A DNA stretch of 64,000 nt from an uncultured delta proteobacterium (GTDB lineage Bacteria; Desulfobacterota; Syntrophia; Syntrophales; Smithellaceae). Positions 10,520 through 20,714 of the stretch are shown here, piece by piece. Where the stretch lies: assembly GCA_963753975.1 (NCBI GenBank), contig CAVWEH010000002.1, forward strand, positions 32,001 to 96,000. Reading direction: 5' to 3'. Positions within the stretch are counted from its first letter, which is position 1; each line of letters starts with the position of its first letter. The notes below the pieces were generated by a model. That model was not told the DNA's origin and did not search any database. It saw only the letters and a list, made by a program, of their open reading frames with translations. A program made the position numbers and the translations under genes.

Positions 10520-11180
10520 AAGCAACGAGAGGCAACACGGTTTTGGAATGCTCTGAAACGCGTATTAACTGTTCTGATAATATGTTGGGCTGCTATAACT
10601 TTCATTGGCACCCTCATGCCACTACCGGATGAGTTGCAATTCTTCGCAAAGCTGCCCAACAGGCTTCGCTGGTTGCCCTTATTTGTCCTTTTGTTCGGTT
10701 TGTCGGCGCTCAAATATCCGCGTTATTTATCTTGGAATGGACTTAAGGATCTGCTGAGAATTGGTGCTCTTGAGCGCGTGGTAATTGGTATTTCCTTGGC
10801 GTGACGGGCTCGGCTGATCCGTCGGATACGAGAATCATCGGATTTCAGCTCCAAGGGTTCAATAATTCATTACAAACGATGGCAGCAGTACATGCAAAAT
10901 TAATTCTTCCCAACGGAAGAGAAGTACCGTTGGTCGTGACGACCTCCGACGGCAGCATGGACAATGCTGTGAATGTTGATATTGCTCATAGAACCAGGAT
11001 TTACATTAATGGACGGTTCGGCGAATTGAAGCCGAACGATTTGATTGCCACTTATGGCCACTACGTTTTGAGTTCACATGGCGCAATGGTGAGTCTAAGC
11101 TTAAATTCTCTCGACGAGAGATCGATAAGCAGATCCGTCGTTTCGAGAACGATACTAAACCTAAACCGGATACCTTCTGA
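10520..11180 (+). pseudogene. Decayed hypothetical membrane-anchored protein gene
   Basis: Three protein-like segments in successive frames (..RFWNALKRVLTVLIICWAAITF..; NWYFLGVTGSAD..; PLRFEFTWRNGESK..PDTF*). No start codon upstream of the first hydrophobic segment. Confidence 0.45.
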
Positions 11181-11431
11181 CAATTAACACTCAAAAATAT
11201 TTTATTAATCATAATCGTTGCTTTGTAGGTGTTTTCAGCAAGCACTTCTTCCTGTAATCTTGTTTTTTACATTTTTGTTCCACAATAGAACCTTTCGAGC
11301 AGAAATCATTAGAAAAGATACTTTCACAAGACTTTTCTTCGGTTGACATGCGCAACATTTATTGATAGGGAAATCGCGTTATGTATCATAAAGACAAAAT
11401 TAATTGTGATCAATAATAGGAGGAAAACATA

Positions 11432-12223
11432 ATGAAAAAAATCATTGTGGTATTTTTGTGTCTGTCGTTATTCTTTTTCGCATCATGTGCTGGATCAAAA
11501 ATTATATCTGAACCAAAGATTACTTTTCCCCTAAATTCAAACCAAAATCTAATAGGTGATTTATCGAAACCGGAAGGCGATGGCCCCTTTCCTGCGGTTA
11601 TACTACTTCCTGGTTGCGCAGGTGGTCAATACAATATTAGTGATTGGGAAAATATGTTGGTAAAAGAAGGATACGTAGCTTTCGCTGTGGATAGTCTTGG
11701 CCCCAGGGGGGTTAGAAATGTTTGTAGTAATCCAAAAGAGAATAAACCTACTTCTGAGGATAGAGTTTCTGATGCTTTTGCAGCGAAGCGTTACCTCGAA
11801 ACTCGGCCATTTATTGATAAAGAACGAATTGCTTTAATGGGGTTTTCACACGGCGGAATTACTTCATTGATCATAGCCGTGTCTCCATCCTCGGAAAAAC
11901 CTTTCAAGGAAATTATTGCATTTTATCCTTACTGCTTGCCTATAGATCCTTCAAAGAAGTTCCTTTCATCGCCATTGATGATTCTCTCTGGGGGCAATGA
12001 TGACTGGTGCCCAGCTAAGCTGTGCGAAACATACCCTGAGATATTAAAAGGTTTGAACCATGAAATTGTTTTGAAAGTTTATCCAGGAGCCTATCATGCT
12101 TTTGATAATACCCTGCCAGGACTTTTTAATTATATGGGGCATAAAGTAGGTAGAGACGAAAGTGCGGCAGCCGACTCGATTGTCATGGTGAAAAATTTTT
12201 TGCGGAAACACTTCAATGAATAA
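11432..12223 (+). CDS. Dienelactone hydrolase-family alpha/beta hydrolase, predicted lipoprotein
   Basis: Lipobox-like FASC, GFSHGG nucleophile elbow, DDW, YPGAYHAFD; AGGAGG SD. Confidence 0.88.
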   Translation: MKKIIVVFLCLSLFFFASCAGSKIISEPKITFPLNSNQNLIGDLSKPEGDGPFPAVILLPGCAGGQYNISDWENMLVKEGYVAFAVDSLGPRGVRNVCSNPKENKPTSEDRVSDAFAAKRYLETRPFIDKERIALMGFSHGGITSLIIAVSPSSEKPFKEIIAFYPYCLPIDPSKKFLSSPLMILSGGNDDWCPAKLCETYPEILKGLNHEIVLKVYPGAYHAFDNTLPGLFNYMGHKVGRDESAAADSIVMVKNFLRKHFNE

Positions 12224-12274
12224 GTATGGGCCTGGAATTGCACCCTTAAAGTGAATACTTACATTGATGACTTT

Positions 12275-12312
12275 AAAAAAAGGCAGAACCAGAAATGGTT
12301 TTGCCTTTTTTT
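12275..12312 (+). terminator. Intrinsic terminator
   Basis: aaaaaaaggcagaacca-gaaa-tggttttgcctttttttt hairpin with U tract. Confidence 0.8.
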
Positions 12313-12616
12313 ATTATCAATATTTCTACCAATAATTCTTGAGTATTCTACGATGTTGATATTACTTAATAACGGGTGTTTTTTCAGTTGACAGATTTCA
12401 GATGAGATTGAGTTAGTCATTATAAGTGTTTCAAATGGTAATCTTCAATTTACTTTTCAAGTAGCATGTGTGAGCTTGTAGGTGTAAATATTATTTGCTT
12501 CTTCTCGAGAATATATAAACATCCAGAAGGCTTACAACTGTCGCAACAAGTAACCTCTCTCTACCTTGACAATTAAACACATTGCTTTTTGGGAGTTAAT
12601 GTATTAAATTTTAAAG

Positions 12617-12812
12617 TAGGGGTGCCTGTAAATTCGATTTCAAATCGAAGATGATATCAAGGCGGCGAGGAAGAGGCGACGCAGGCGTAGTTAGGTTAGT
12701 ACGTCGAGGAGCAGATGACGCAGCCAACGATGATAGCGCTTTGAGTTGGAATTGGATTAGGCTGAGATTATACCCTTTGAACCTGACCCGGGTAATGCCG
12801 GCGTAGGGAGTG
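12617..12812 (+). ncRNA. TPP (THI-box) riboswitch with an extended P3
   Basis: AGGGGTGCC...GGCTGAGA-TTATACCC-TTTGAACCTGA-CCCGGGTAATGCCGGCGTAGGGA core, directly upstream of thiN-thiD-thiC. Confidence 0.93.
12638..12752 (+). repeat. Dispersed repeat family R2, copy inside riboswitch P3
   Basis: gatgatatcaaggcggcgaggaagaggcgacgcaggcg...tacgtcgaggagcagatgacg...gatagcgc aligns with 53880-54056. Confidence 0.85.
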
Positions 12813-12830
12813 GCGACAATAAAATAACAT

Positions 12831-12872
12831 AAGCCATGTCCTTTTGGGTGAAAGGGTATGGCTTTTTTATTT
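12831..12872 (+). terminator. Riboswitch expression-platform terminator
   Basis: aagccatgtccttt...aaagggtatggctt followed by a U-rich tract, between the aptamer and thiN. Confidence 0.85.
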
Positions 12873-12891
12873 TGGAAACTATGAGAATGTT

Positions 12892-13563
12892 ATGTCGAAA
12901 AAAGTAATCATAGTGAGCGGTGGGCGATTCGGCGACCCAATATTTTTTAAGAAAAAGATGGCGGAAATAGGAGACGCTCTGATCATCGCCTGTGATGGCG
13001 GTGTGCGCCATCTGCAAAAATTGGGAATAAAGCCGAATGTGATTATCGGCGATATGGATTCGATCGAGCCTTCTCAACTGGCAAGTTACTCAGCACAGGG
13101 TGTCAAGATCATTAAATATCCGGCCAATAAAGACTTCACCGATACCGAACTGGCTCTTGATTACGCTCTGGATTTGAAGCCAGCGGCCATCTACATTTGG
13201 GCTGCTCTGGGCGGCAGACTTGATCATACTCTGGCCAATGTGTTTTTGCTTCTTGAGGCCAAAGATGCAGGAATTAAAACTTATTTGCTCGACGAATATT
13301 GCGAAGCTTTTATCGTGAATAAGGAAGCCGCGTTTGTTGACGCAAAAGGAGTTACCGTTTCTCTTTTTGCCGTGAGTCCCCAGGTCGAAGGTTTATCTCT
13401 CAGTGGTTTTGTTTATCCTCTTCAAGATGCGGCATTGACTATGGGTGAGTTGCGGGGAGTAAGTAACATTATTAATAAAGATCACGCTAAAATCGCTTTG
13501 CGAGCCGGAAATCTTCTGGTGATTCGTTATTGGCAAAAAGATGTTTTTCCGGAGGCGCTTTAA
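12892..13563 (+). CDS. thiN: Thiamine diphosphokinase
   Basis: ACDGG, GDMDS, KDFTDTELA, GGRLDH, GVSN. ATG 12892 chosen because the longer start lies inside the terminator. Confidence 0.92.
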   Translation: MSKKVIIVSGGRFGDPIFFKKKMAEIGDALIIACDGGVRHLQKLGIKPNVIIGDMDSIEPSQLASYSAQGVKIIKYPANKDFTDTELALDYALDLKPAAIYIWAALGGRLDHTLANVFLLLEAKDAGIKTYLLDEYCEAFIVNKEAAFVDAKGVTVSLFAVSPQVEGLSLSGFVYPLQDAALTMGELRGVSNIINKDHAKIALRAGNLLVIRYWQKDVFPEAL

Positions 13564-13566
13564 TTT

Positions 13567-14358
13567 ATGAAACAGGCTGTAGTATTATGCATCGGTGGCT
13601 CCGATTCCAGCGGCGGCGCCGGAATTCAGGCGGATTTAAAGGCTGTCAGTGCTTGCGGCTGCTACGGGATGAGTGTGATTACGGCATTGACGGCGCAAAA
13701 TACTCTCGGTGTTCAGGGTATTTATCCGGTTTCACCGAAGTTCGTCGCCCAGCAGTTGGAATCGGTGTTAAGCGATATTGGCGCTGATGCGGTTAAAACC
13801 GGAATGCTTTGGACGGCCGGAGTCGTTCAGGTAGTTGCAAAGAAGATTAAGGAGTATAATATAAGCAACGTTGTAGTTGATCCGGTGATGGTTGCTAAAG
13901 GTGGACGTTCTTTAATGCAGGATAAGGCGTGGGAGACTCTCGTGAAAAAAATGCTTCCCTTGGCTTTCAATGTTACGCCGAATATTCCCGAGGCGGAGCG
14001 ATTAACACGATTAAAGATTAAATCGGTTGATGACATGAAGAGAGTAGCGGCTTTGATTCACAAGCTGGGTGCGAAAAATGTTTTAATTAAGGGAGGACAT
14101 CTTCCCGGCGCTAAACAATCAGGCGCGATAGATATTCTCTACGATGGAAATAAGTATTACGAGTTTTCCGCGCCCTGGATGGATACGGCGAATACACACG
14201 GCACGGGCTGCACTTACGCTGCAGCGCTGGCCGCGGAGATTGCTCGCGGTGAAAATGTTCTCCACGCAGTGGAAAAAGCGAAAAAACTGGTGACCGATGC
14301 CATAAAAAATTCGCTGAAAATTGGCGCAGGCCACGGGCCGGTTAATGCATCATTTTAA
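13567..14358 (+). CDS. thiD: Hydroxymethylpyrimidine/phosphomethylpyrimidine kinase
   Basis: GSDSSGGAGIQAD, DPVM, TPN, HGTGC. Confidence 0.96.
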   Translation: MKQAVVLCIGGSDSSGGAGIQADLKAVSACGCYGMSVITALTAQNTLGVQGIYPVSPKFVAQQLESVLSDIGADAVKTGMLWTAGVVQVVAKKIKEYNISNVVVDPVMVAKGGRSLMQDKAWETLVKKMLPLAFNVTPNIPEAERLTRLKIKSVDDMKRVAALIHKLGAKNVLIKGGHLPGAKQSGAIDILYDGNKYYEFSAPWMDTANTHGTGCTYAAALAAEIARGENVLHAVEKAKKLVTDAIKNSLKIGAGHGPVNASF

Positions 14359-14403
14359 ATATTGATGCATTGAGAAAATGAGAATTTGTATACGGAGTAA
14401 CAA

Positions 14404-15675
14404 ATGACACAACTAGAAAAAGCCCGTAAAGGCTTGATTACGGAAGAAATGAAAATTTGCGCGGCCGTTGAAGGTGTGGAGCCGGATTATATAAAGCGGG
14501 GGATAGTTGAAGGAACAATCGTCCTCTGCCGCAATGTAAAACATCAGACAATCAAACCGCTGGCGATAGGAAAGGGTTTGCGTACTAAAGTCAATGCCAA
14601 TATCGGCACATCGAAAGATCACACCGACTTGAATCTGGAATTGGAGAAGCTAAAAATAGCGATTGCGGCCGGAGCCGATGCCGTGATGGATCTTTCCACC
14701 GGTGGAAATCTGGCCGAAATTAGAAAATCAGTTATGAGAAGATCTACGGTGGCCATAGGCACCGTGCCGATATATCAGGCCGCGGTAAAGATGTTGGGGG
14801 ATATGAAAGCAATTTCCGAGATGACCGCCGATGATATGTTTGCCGTCATCGAAGAAAACGGCAAAGACGGCGTCGATTTTATTACGGTTCACTGCGGGGT
14901 AACGCGAGGCAGCGTCGCGACTGTGGAAGGGCAGGGGAGAGTTCTGGGAATTGTCAGCCGCGGCGGCTCCATGACGGCCAATTGGATGCGCTGCAACAAT
15001 CGCGAAAATCCTCTTTATGAGGAATTCGATAGACTTTTGGAAATCGCGCATCGTTATGACATGGTATTAAGCTTGGGCGACGGGCTTCGTCCCGGAGCGA
15101 TCGACGATGCCACTGATCAGGGACAATTGCAGGAGCTGATAATTCTGGGAGATCTCGCCAAACGCGCGCGTGATGCAGGTGTGCAAGTAATGATTGAAGG
15201 CCCGGGGCATGTTCCGCTACCTGAGATCGAAGCCAATATTAAACTACAAAAGAAACTTTGCCAGGGTGCTCCATTTTATGTGTTGGGGCCATTGCCCACT
15301 GATATTGCACCGGGCTATGATCATATTACCTCCGCCATTGGCGGAGCCATTGCCGGAGCAGCTGGAGCAGATTTTTTGTGCTATGTAACACCTGCTGAAC
15401 ACTTGCGTCTGCCCACACTGGCCGATGTCCGCGAAGGAGTTATCGCGGCACGTATTGCGGCGCATATTGCCGATATTGCGAAGGGTGTCCCGGGAGCGCG
15501 GAACAGAGACCGGAAAATGTCAGCATGCCGGAAAAACTTTGATTGGCAGGGACAAGTTGACTTATCTATTGATCCGGAAAGAACGCTCGCGCTCTTGGAA
15601 AAGAGCAAAAGCGCCGAAGACGAAGGTTGTACGATGTGCGGTGAATTCTGCGCTATTAAATTGGGTAAAAAATAA
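14404..15675 (+). CDS. thiC: Phosphomethylpyrimidine synthase (short anaerobe type)
   Basis: [37 protein letters not shown]; located in the TPP-riboswitch operon. Confidence 0.93.
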   Translation: MTQLEKARKGLITEEMKICAAVEGVEPDYIKRGIVEGTIVLCRNVKHQTIKPLAIGKGLRTKVNANIGTSKDHTDLNLELEKLKIAIAAGADAVMDLSTGGNLAEIRKSVMRRSTVAIGTVPIYQAAVKMLGDMKAISEMTADDMFAVIEENGKDGVDFITVHCGVTRGSVATVEGQGRVLGIVSRGGSMTANWMRCNNRENPLYEEFDRLLEIAHRYDMVLSLGDGLRPGAIDDATDQGQLQELIILGDLAKRARDAGVQVMIEGPGHVPLPEIEANIKLQKKLCQGAPFYVLGPLPTDIAPGYDHITSAIGGAIAGAAGADFLCYVTPAEHLRLPTLADVREGVIAARIAAHIADIAKGVPGARNRDRKMSACRKNFDWQGQVDLSIDPERTLALLEKSKSAEDEGCTMCGEFCAIKLGKK

Positions 15676-15697
15676 GGAATCCGAAGGAGGCGTACAG

Positions 15698-16006
15698 ATG
15701 ATTCGTGTAATTGCCGTGGCAACGTTAAAAGAGGGTAAGAGAAAGAATTATTTGGAAGAAGTATACAAGATTATGCCCCTGGTGCACATAGAGGACGGCT
15801 GTATCGAATATGGGCCGCACATAGATATAGATTCCGGCATCGCCGGTCAGAAAAAACTTGGTCCGGACACGGTCGCGATTATCGAAAGATGGGAGAGTCT
15901 CGAAGCATTAAAAAAGCACGGAACAACACCTCATATGAATAATTTTCGCCGGGCAGTGAAAAATTTTATGCAGACGATGGAACTAATGATATTGACACCG
16001 GCGTGA
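15698..16006 (+). CDS. Antibiotic biosynthesis monooxygenase (putative quinol monooxygenase) family protein
   Basis: AAGGAGG SD before ATG 15698; E.GCIEY, IERWESLEAL..H...PHM. Confidence 0.85.
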   Translation: MIRVIAVATLKEGKRKNYLEEVYKIMPLVHIEDGCIEYGPHIDIDSGIAGQKKLGPDTVAIIERWESLEALKKHGTTPHMNNFRRAVKNFMQTMELMILTPA

Positions 16007-16028
16007 TCATAATCATAAGGAGACGTCC

Positions 16029-17402
16029 TTGACAATTCCCTCGGAGAATAAGAGCACGGATAAGCGCAAAAATGCTGAAGCTATAGTTGGCAAACTGAAA
16101 GAAGCCGGCTTTGTTGCATATTTTGTCGGTGGTTGTGTGCGTGATTCGCTTTTGGGAAAGGTTCCCGGCGATTACGATATTGTAACTTCCGCGCTTCCCG
16201 ATCAAATAATCTCTCTGTTTCCTCGTACCGCGGCAATAGGAGCCAAGTTCGGTGTTGTGGCCGTTATTGTTGCAGGACATCCTTATGAAGTGGCGACATT
16301 CCGCAGCGATGATATTTACGAAGACGGCAGACGCCCTTCCCAGGTTCATTTTTCCACAGAGCGTGAAGACGTTTACCGCCGGGATTTTACCATCAACGGA
16401 CTATTGATGAATCCGGCGACGGGCGAAGTAATCGATTATATAAATGGCCGCGAGGATATTAAGAACAAGATAATCCGCACCATCGGCAATCCCGAGGAAC
16501 GTTTTAATGAAGATTATTTGCGGATGCTGAGAGCGATTCGTTTTGCCGCGAATCTGGATTTTATAGTCGATCCCGATACGAAAAAGGCAATAGAAAGAAA
16601 AGCCGTGAAGATAAAACAAATCAGCGCGGAAAGATTGCAGGATGAACTTTGTAAAGTCCTTACGCGCGGAGGTGCGCGCCGCGGTTTCGAATTAATGGTG
16701 CAGACAGGAATCTTGCGGGAAATATTGCCCGAGATAGATAGCTTGCAGAAAGTGGAACAGCCGCCGCGTTTTCATCCGGAAGGAGATGTCTGGCAGCATA
16801 CATTAATAATGCTGGAGTTACTGCCGAAAGAAAATTCCAGTGTAAGTATACCTCTGGCATGGGCAGCGCTTCTGCATGATGCGGGTAAAGCAGTAACGCG
16901 CTCTGAAGACGAAAAAGGCGTTCATTTCTACGGACATGTTAAAAAAGGAGAAGAGATCGCCGATAATATAATGCAGCGATTAAGATTTTCGCGGGCTCAG
17001 CGGGAAACAGTCCTTGATCTTATACACTACCATATGGTTTTTATGAATGTGCAGAAAATGCGCCCGGGACGGCTAAAAAGATTCTTGCGCATGTCTGATT
17101 TTGATTTGCATCTGGAGTTGCATCGGCTTGACTGTCTGGCGAGCCACGGGATGCTTGACAATTATGAATTTTGTCGTGATCAACTGCAGAAATTGGCGGC
17201 GGAAGATTTAAATCCGCCGCGCCTGCTTACCGGCAATGATTTGATTGCCCGTGGCTTTCTTCCCGGTAAAATAATCGGGCAAATCTTGCAGACATTGGAA
17301 AACGAACAATTGGAAGGCCGTATTGCGACGCGAAAAGAAGCGGAAGAATTTGTTGAAAAAAACTGGAAAAATCACGGGTATGAACCTCAACGCAAGCTTT
17401 AG
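16029..17402 (+). CDS. cca: tRNA nucleotidyltransferase (CCA-adding family) with HD domain
   Basis: VGGCVRD, DYDIVT, RRDFTIN, EDYLRMLRAIRF, HPEGDV..HT, LLHDAGK. Confidence 0.9.
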   Translation: MTIPSENKSTDKRKNAEAIVGKLKEAGFVAYFVGGCVRDSLLGKVPGDYDIVTSALPDQIISLFPRTAAIGAKFGVVAVIVAGHPYEVATFRSDDIYEDGRRPSQVHFSTEREDVYRRDFTINGLLMNPATGEVIDYINGREDIKNKIIRTIGNPEERFNEDYLRMLRAIRFAANLDFIVDPDTKKAIERKAVKIKQISAERLQDELCKVLTRGGARRGFELMVQTGILREILPEIDSLQKVEQPPRFHPEGDVWQHTLIMLELLPKENSSVSIPLAWAALLHDAGKAVTRSEDEKGVHFYGHVKKGEEIADNIMQRLRFSRAQRETVLDLIHYHMVFMNVQKMRPGRLKRFLRMSDFDLHLELHRLDCLASHGMLDNYEFCRDQLQKLAAEDLNPPRLLTGNDLIARGFLPGKIIGQILQTLENEQLEGRIATRKEAEEFVEKNWKNHGYEPQRKL

Positions 17403-17429
17403 AAACGGATTATATAGAAAGCTGCGGTG

Positions 17430-17598
17430 TTATTATACCCCTGCTTATACAGGATAGTTCAACTAACAAATTTTAATTCACTTCGTTCTTAAAATTTGAG
17501 TTTCACTACCCTCCGCTTCGCGGCACTGTTCAACTTGCCAATTCCGATAAGCTTCGTCCAGCATCCGCTGGGCGTCGCTTTCTGAATTGGAGTTTCAC
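17430..17598 (+). repeat. Family R1 repeat, two units
   Basis: 17452-17508 ggatagttcaactaacaaattttaa-ttcacttcgttc-ttaaaatttgagtttcacta. A second unit at 17528-17598 has an extra hairpin in its loop. Confidence 0.8.
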
Positions 17599-17683
17599 AA
17601 ATGATTATGCAGCAAATTTATTTTCTGGTACAATAATATTCAGGAGATCAAACTTTAAAAAATATTCAAAGAACGATGAATCA

Positions 17684-18451
17684 ATGAAAAATAACCGAAA
17701 AAAATTCTTTATTCTTCTTATAATATCTTTGTTTATTTTATCCTGTGCCAGCCGCGCGACACATGTAAGATCTGTCGAGCCGACATGGAAAAGAAAACCA
17801 TTGGAAATGATGGGCTATACCATTCAGGCCGGCGCGTTTGCCAAGGTGGAAAACGCAGTTCGTTTGACGGAAAAACTAAAAGCGCGGGGATTGGATTCCA
17901 CATATTTTAAGGCGGCTGATGGATTATTTAAAGTTCGCTTTGGTAATTATCCTACAAAAGAAATGGCCAAACAAAAAGCGCAAACTCTGATAAGCAAGGG
18001 AACAATAGAAGAGTATTATATAGTCCAGCCCGAAGATTACGCTTCCTATAGACAAAAACAATACGGGACCAGTTATTTACGCGAAGCTCTGGTTAAGACC
18101 GCCCATGATTTTATCGGTGTTCCCTATCTTTGGGGCGGCACTTCTTCCGAAAAAGGATTTGACTGCAGTGGATTGACCATGACTGTTTATCAGCTGAATG
18201 GATTGAATTTACCGCGCAACTCAAGAAGACAATTTGAAGTCGGCAGTCCGGTAGCTAACATCAGTCAGTTACAGAAGGGAGATCTTGTGTTTTTTGCGTC
18301 GAAGGGAAAAAGCAGAGTATCTCATGTCGGTGTATATATCGGAGACGGAGAATTTATCCATGCCTCCTCGCGGGGCAAGATTATTCGGATTGATTCTCTC
18401 CATGCCGAACACTTTGTCGAAAGATACAAGGGTGGAAGAACATATCTTTAA
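17684..18451 (+). CDS. SPOR + NlpC/P60 peptidoglycan endopeptidase lipoprotein
   Basis: Lipobox ILSC, YTIQAGAF SPOR start, PYLWGG, FDCSG, SHVG, FIHAS. Confidence 0.9.
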   Translation: MKNNRKKFFILLIISLFILSCASRATHVRSVEPTWKRKPLEMMGYTIQAGAFAKVENAVRLTEKLKARGLDSTYFKAADGLFKVRFGNYPTKEMAKQKAQTLISKGTIEEYYIVQPEDYASYRQKQYGTSYLREALVKTAHDFIGVPYLWGGTSSEKGFDCSGLTMTVYQLNGLNLPRNSRRQFEVGSPVANISQLQKGDLVFFASKGKSRVSHVGVYIGDGEFIHASSRGKIIRIDSLHAEHFVERYKGGRTYL

Positions 18452-18628
18452 TGGATAGTCGATATAATACTTAATCGCGGTTTTATTTCCGCAGTGTCGA
18501 AAAAAAGTCAGGCCTTTTTTTATCAGAAGAAATTTCTGCTTCGTCGATGATTTCTCGCAGAGCATATTCCCCGAATGGCTCAAAACGAGTTTTCTTGTAT
18601 TACGAAAAAAATAAAAATATTTTCAATT

Positions 18629-18672
18629 AGGTCATAGTTTTTGTTGACCTGACAAAAAAAATAAAGTAAAAT
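18629..18672 (+). promoter_or_regulatory. Sigma70-like promoter with an overlapping inverted repeat
   Basis: TTGACC(18644)-N17-TAAAAT(18667). AGGTCA-N10-TGACCT (18629-18650) overlaps the -35. Confidence 0.5.
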
Positions 18673-18744
18673 TTAAGCACGAAAAAAGAAATTTGTAGTT
18701 TTTTGAATCTTAAAAATACAGTTTTACAAAGGAGGCATTATCTG

Positions 18745-18864
18745 ATGAAAGCGAAAGCAAAGAAGAAACCGGTAAGGAAAGTCGTGAAGAAAAAAGCTAC
18801 AAAGAAACCAAAAGCGAAAAAAGTTGTAAAGAAGAAACCGGCAAAGAAAGCAAAAAAGAGATAA
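18745..18864 (+). CDS. Small Lys/Ala-rich histone H1-like protein (39 aa)
   Basis: AAGGAGG SD; MKAKAKKKPVRKVVKKKATKKPKAKKVVKKKPAKKAKKR; has its own promoter candidate and a downstream hairpin. Confidence 0.8.
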   Translation: MKAKAKKKPVRKVVKKKATKKPKAKKVVKKKPAKKAKKR

Positions 18865-18927
18865 CGATTAAAAGAATAATCAAACGGCAGTTAGTCGTTT
18901 AATTATTGAATCGTTCAATTTCGCCTT

Positions 18928-18964
18928 AAGTAGAGTAGTGTTTTAAAATGACACTACTCTACTT
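18928..18964. terminator. Perfect 14-bp stem hairpin, probable terminator
   Basis: aagtagagtagtgt / acactactctactt. Confidence 0.6.
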
Positions 18965-19035
18965 CAAGTAATATTGAAGTTCCCCGTCTTTTATTAAACT
19001 AATATATTTTCTAAAATGCATTAGAGCGATAATTT

Positions 19036-20598
19036 ATGACCAAAGATTTAATCCTGGCAATCGATAATGGCACGCAATCAGTAAGGGCGTTAATTTTCGA
19101 TTTGCGAGGTAATTTAGTCCATAAAGCGCGAATTCCGCTGGAGCCATATATTTCGCGCGAACCCGGCTGGGCGGAACAAGACGCGGATTATTACTGGAAG
19201 TCTTTATGTCAGGCTTGCCAAAAGCTCTGGAAGGAATCATCAGTATCCAAAGACGCTATTGCCGGAGTTACGATTACCACGCAGCGCGCCACAATGATTA
19301 ATGTCGATAAAAAGGGCAATCCTTTACGTCCGGCTATAGTCTGGCTGGATCAGCGGCGAACAACCGGTTTAAAGCCGGTCGGTGGTTTTTGGGGGCTGGC
19401 TTTTAAAATATCACGGATGTCGGAAACTGTGGCTTATCTGCAGGCTGAGGCCGAATGTAATTGGATCAGACTGCATCAACCGGAGATATGGAGCAAAACA
19501 TACAAATATCTTTTTCTGTCCGGTTATTTGACATATTGTCTGACGGGAAGGTTTGTTGATTCCATCGGCTGCCAGGTAGGATACGTTCCTTTCGATTATA
19601 AGAATAAACGATGGGCATCTTCCTGGAATTGGAAATGGCAGGTTACTCAAATTGAACCTCGAATGTTGACTGAGCTCATTCCCCCGGCCGATATAATGGG
19701 TCAGATTACCAAAAAAGCAGCGGAAGAGACGGGCATACCGGAAGGTCTGCCCGTAATTGCCGCAGCCGCTGATAAAGCTTGTGAAGTTATCGGTGCGGGA
19801 TGCCTGGAGCCGCATATCGGATGTTTGAGTTATGGTACGACTGCCACAATCAACACCACGCATTACAAATATATCGAAGCAATTCCCCTGATTCCGCCAT
19901 ATCCTTCAGCGGTACCCGACGCTTATAGTTTGGAAATTATGATTTATCGCGGTTATTGGATGGTCAGCTGGTTCAAGGAGCAATTCGCCCAGTTGGAACA
20001 AAAAATAGCCGCGGAACGCGGCGTAGAGACGGAAACAATCATTGAAGAATTGTTGCATCAAGTTCCGCCGGGATCAATGGGTCTTATATTGCAACCATAT
20101 TGGTCCCCGGGAATAAAAGTGCCCGGACCGGAGGCAAAAGGTGCCGTAATCGGTTTTGGTGATGTACATAATCGCGCCCATCTATACCGGGCGATATTGG
20201 AAGGTTTGGCTTATGCTTTACGCGAAGGAAAAGAGCGCGAGGAAAAACACAGCGGCATAGAAATAACCGAGTTGAGAGTTTCCGGTGGTGGATCACAAAG
20301 CGACACGGCCATGCAGTTAACCGCCGATATTTTCGGTTTGCCAACAGCGCGACCGCACATCTATGAAACATCGGGATTAGGAGCGGCAATCGACGCAGCA
20401 GTAGGATTAAAACTTCATCGTGATTTTAAGACTGCCGTGCAAGAGATGACGCGCATCGGACAATTATTTGAGCCCAATTTGAACACGCATAAAATGTACG
20501 ATAAACTTTATAAGAGGGTTTATAAACAAATGTATAATCGACTGAAGCCTCTATACGAAGAAATTCGCTCCATTACCGGTTATCCCAACCGGGTGTAG
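19036..20598 (+). CDS. FGGY-family carbohydrate kinase
   Basis: [39 protein letters not shown]. Confidence 0.9.
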   Translation: MTKDLILAIDNGTQSVRALIFDLRGNLVHKARIPLEPYISREPGWAEQDADYYWKSLCQACQKLWKESSVSKDAIAGVTITTQRATMINVDKKGNPLRPAIVWLDQRRTTGLKPVGGFWGLAFKISRMSETVAYLQAEAECNWIRLHQPEIWSKTYKYLFLSGYLTYCLTGRFVDSIGCQVGYVPFDYKNKRWASSWNWKWQVTQIEPRMLTELIPPADIMGQITKKAAEETGIPEGLPVIAAAADKACEVIGAGCLEPHIGCLSYGTTATINTTHYKYIEAIPLIPPYPSAVPDAYSLEIMIYRGYWMVSWFKEQFAQLEQKIAAERGVETETIIEELLHQVPPGSMGLILQPYWSPGIKVPGPEAKGAVIGFGDVHNRAHLYRAILEGLAYALREGKEREEKHSGIEITELRVSGGGSQSDTAMQLTADIFGLPTARPHIYETSGLGAAIDAAVGLKLHRDFKTAVQEMTRIGQLFEPNLNTHKMYDKLYKRVYKQMYNRLKPLYEEIRSITGYPNRV

Positions 20599-20714
20599 TA
20601 AAAGTTTATCTTTTTTCTATATTATCATTTTGTGAAGTTAAAAACTTTCAGCATTGAATGCGTTGTTGTGTTGTAACTAAAATTTGCTCCTTATAAAATG
20701 TAAAAGGTTTTCAT

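Noticed and set aside
14404..15675. thiC homolog as BzaA/B/F (benzimidazole synthesis)
   Set aside because: Context is a TPP riboswitch with thiN and thiD, not cobalamin genes or a B12 riboswitch.
908..17598. R1 units as integron attC sites or CRISPR repeats
   Set aside because: No consistent RYYYAAC/GTTRRRY ends, no cassette array or integrase, no regular repeat-spacer period and no cas genes.
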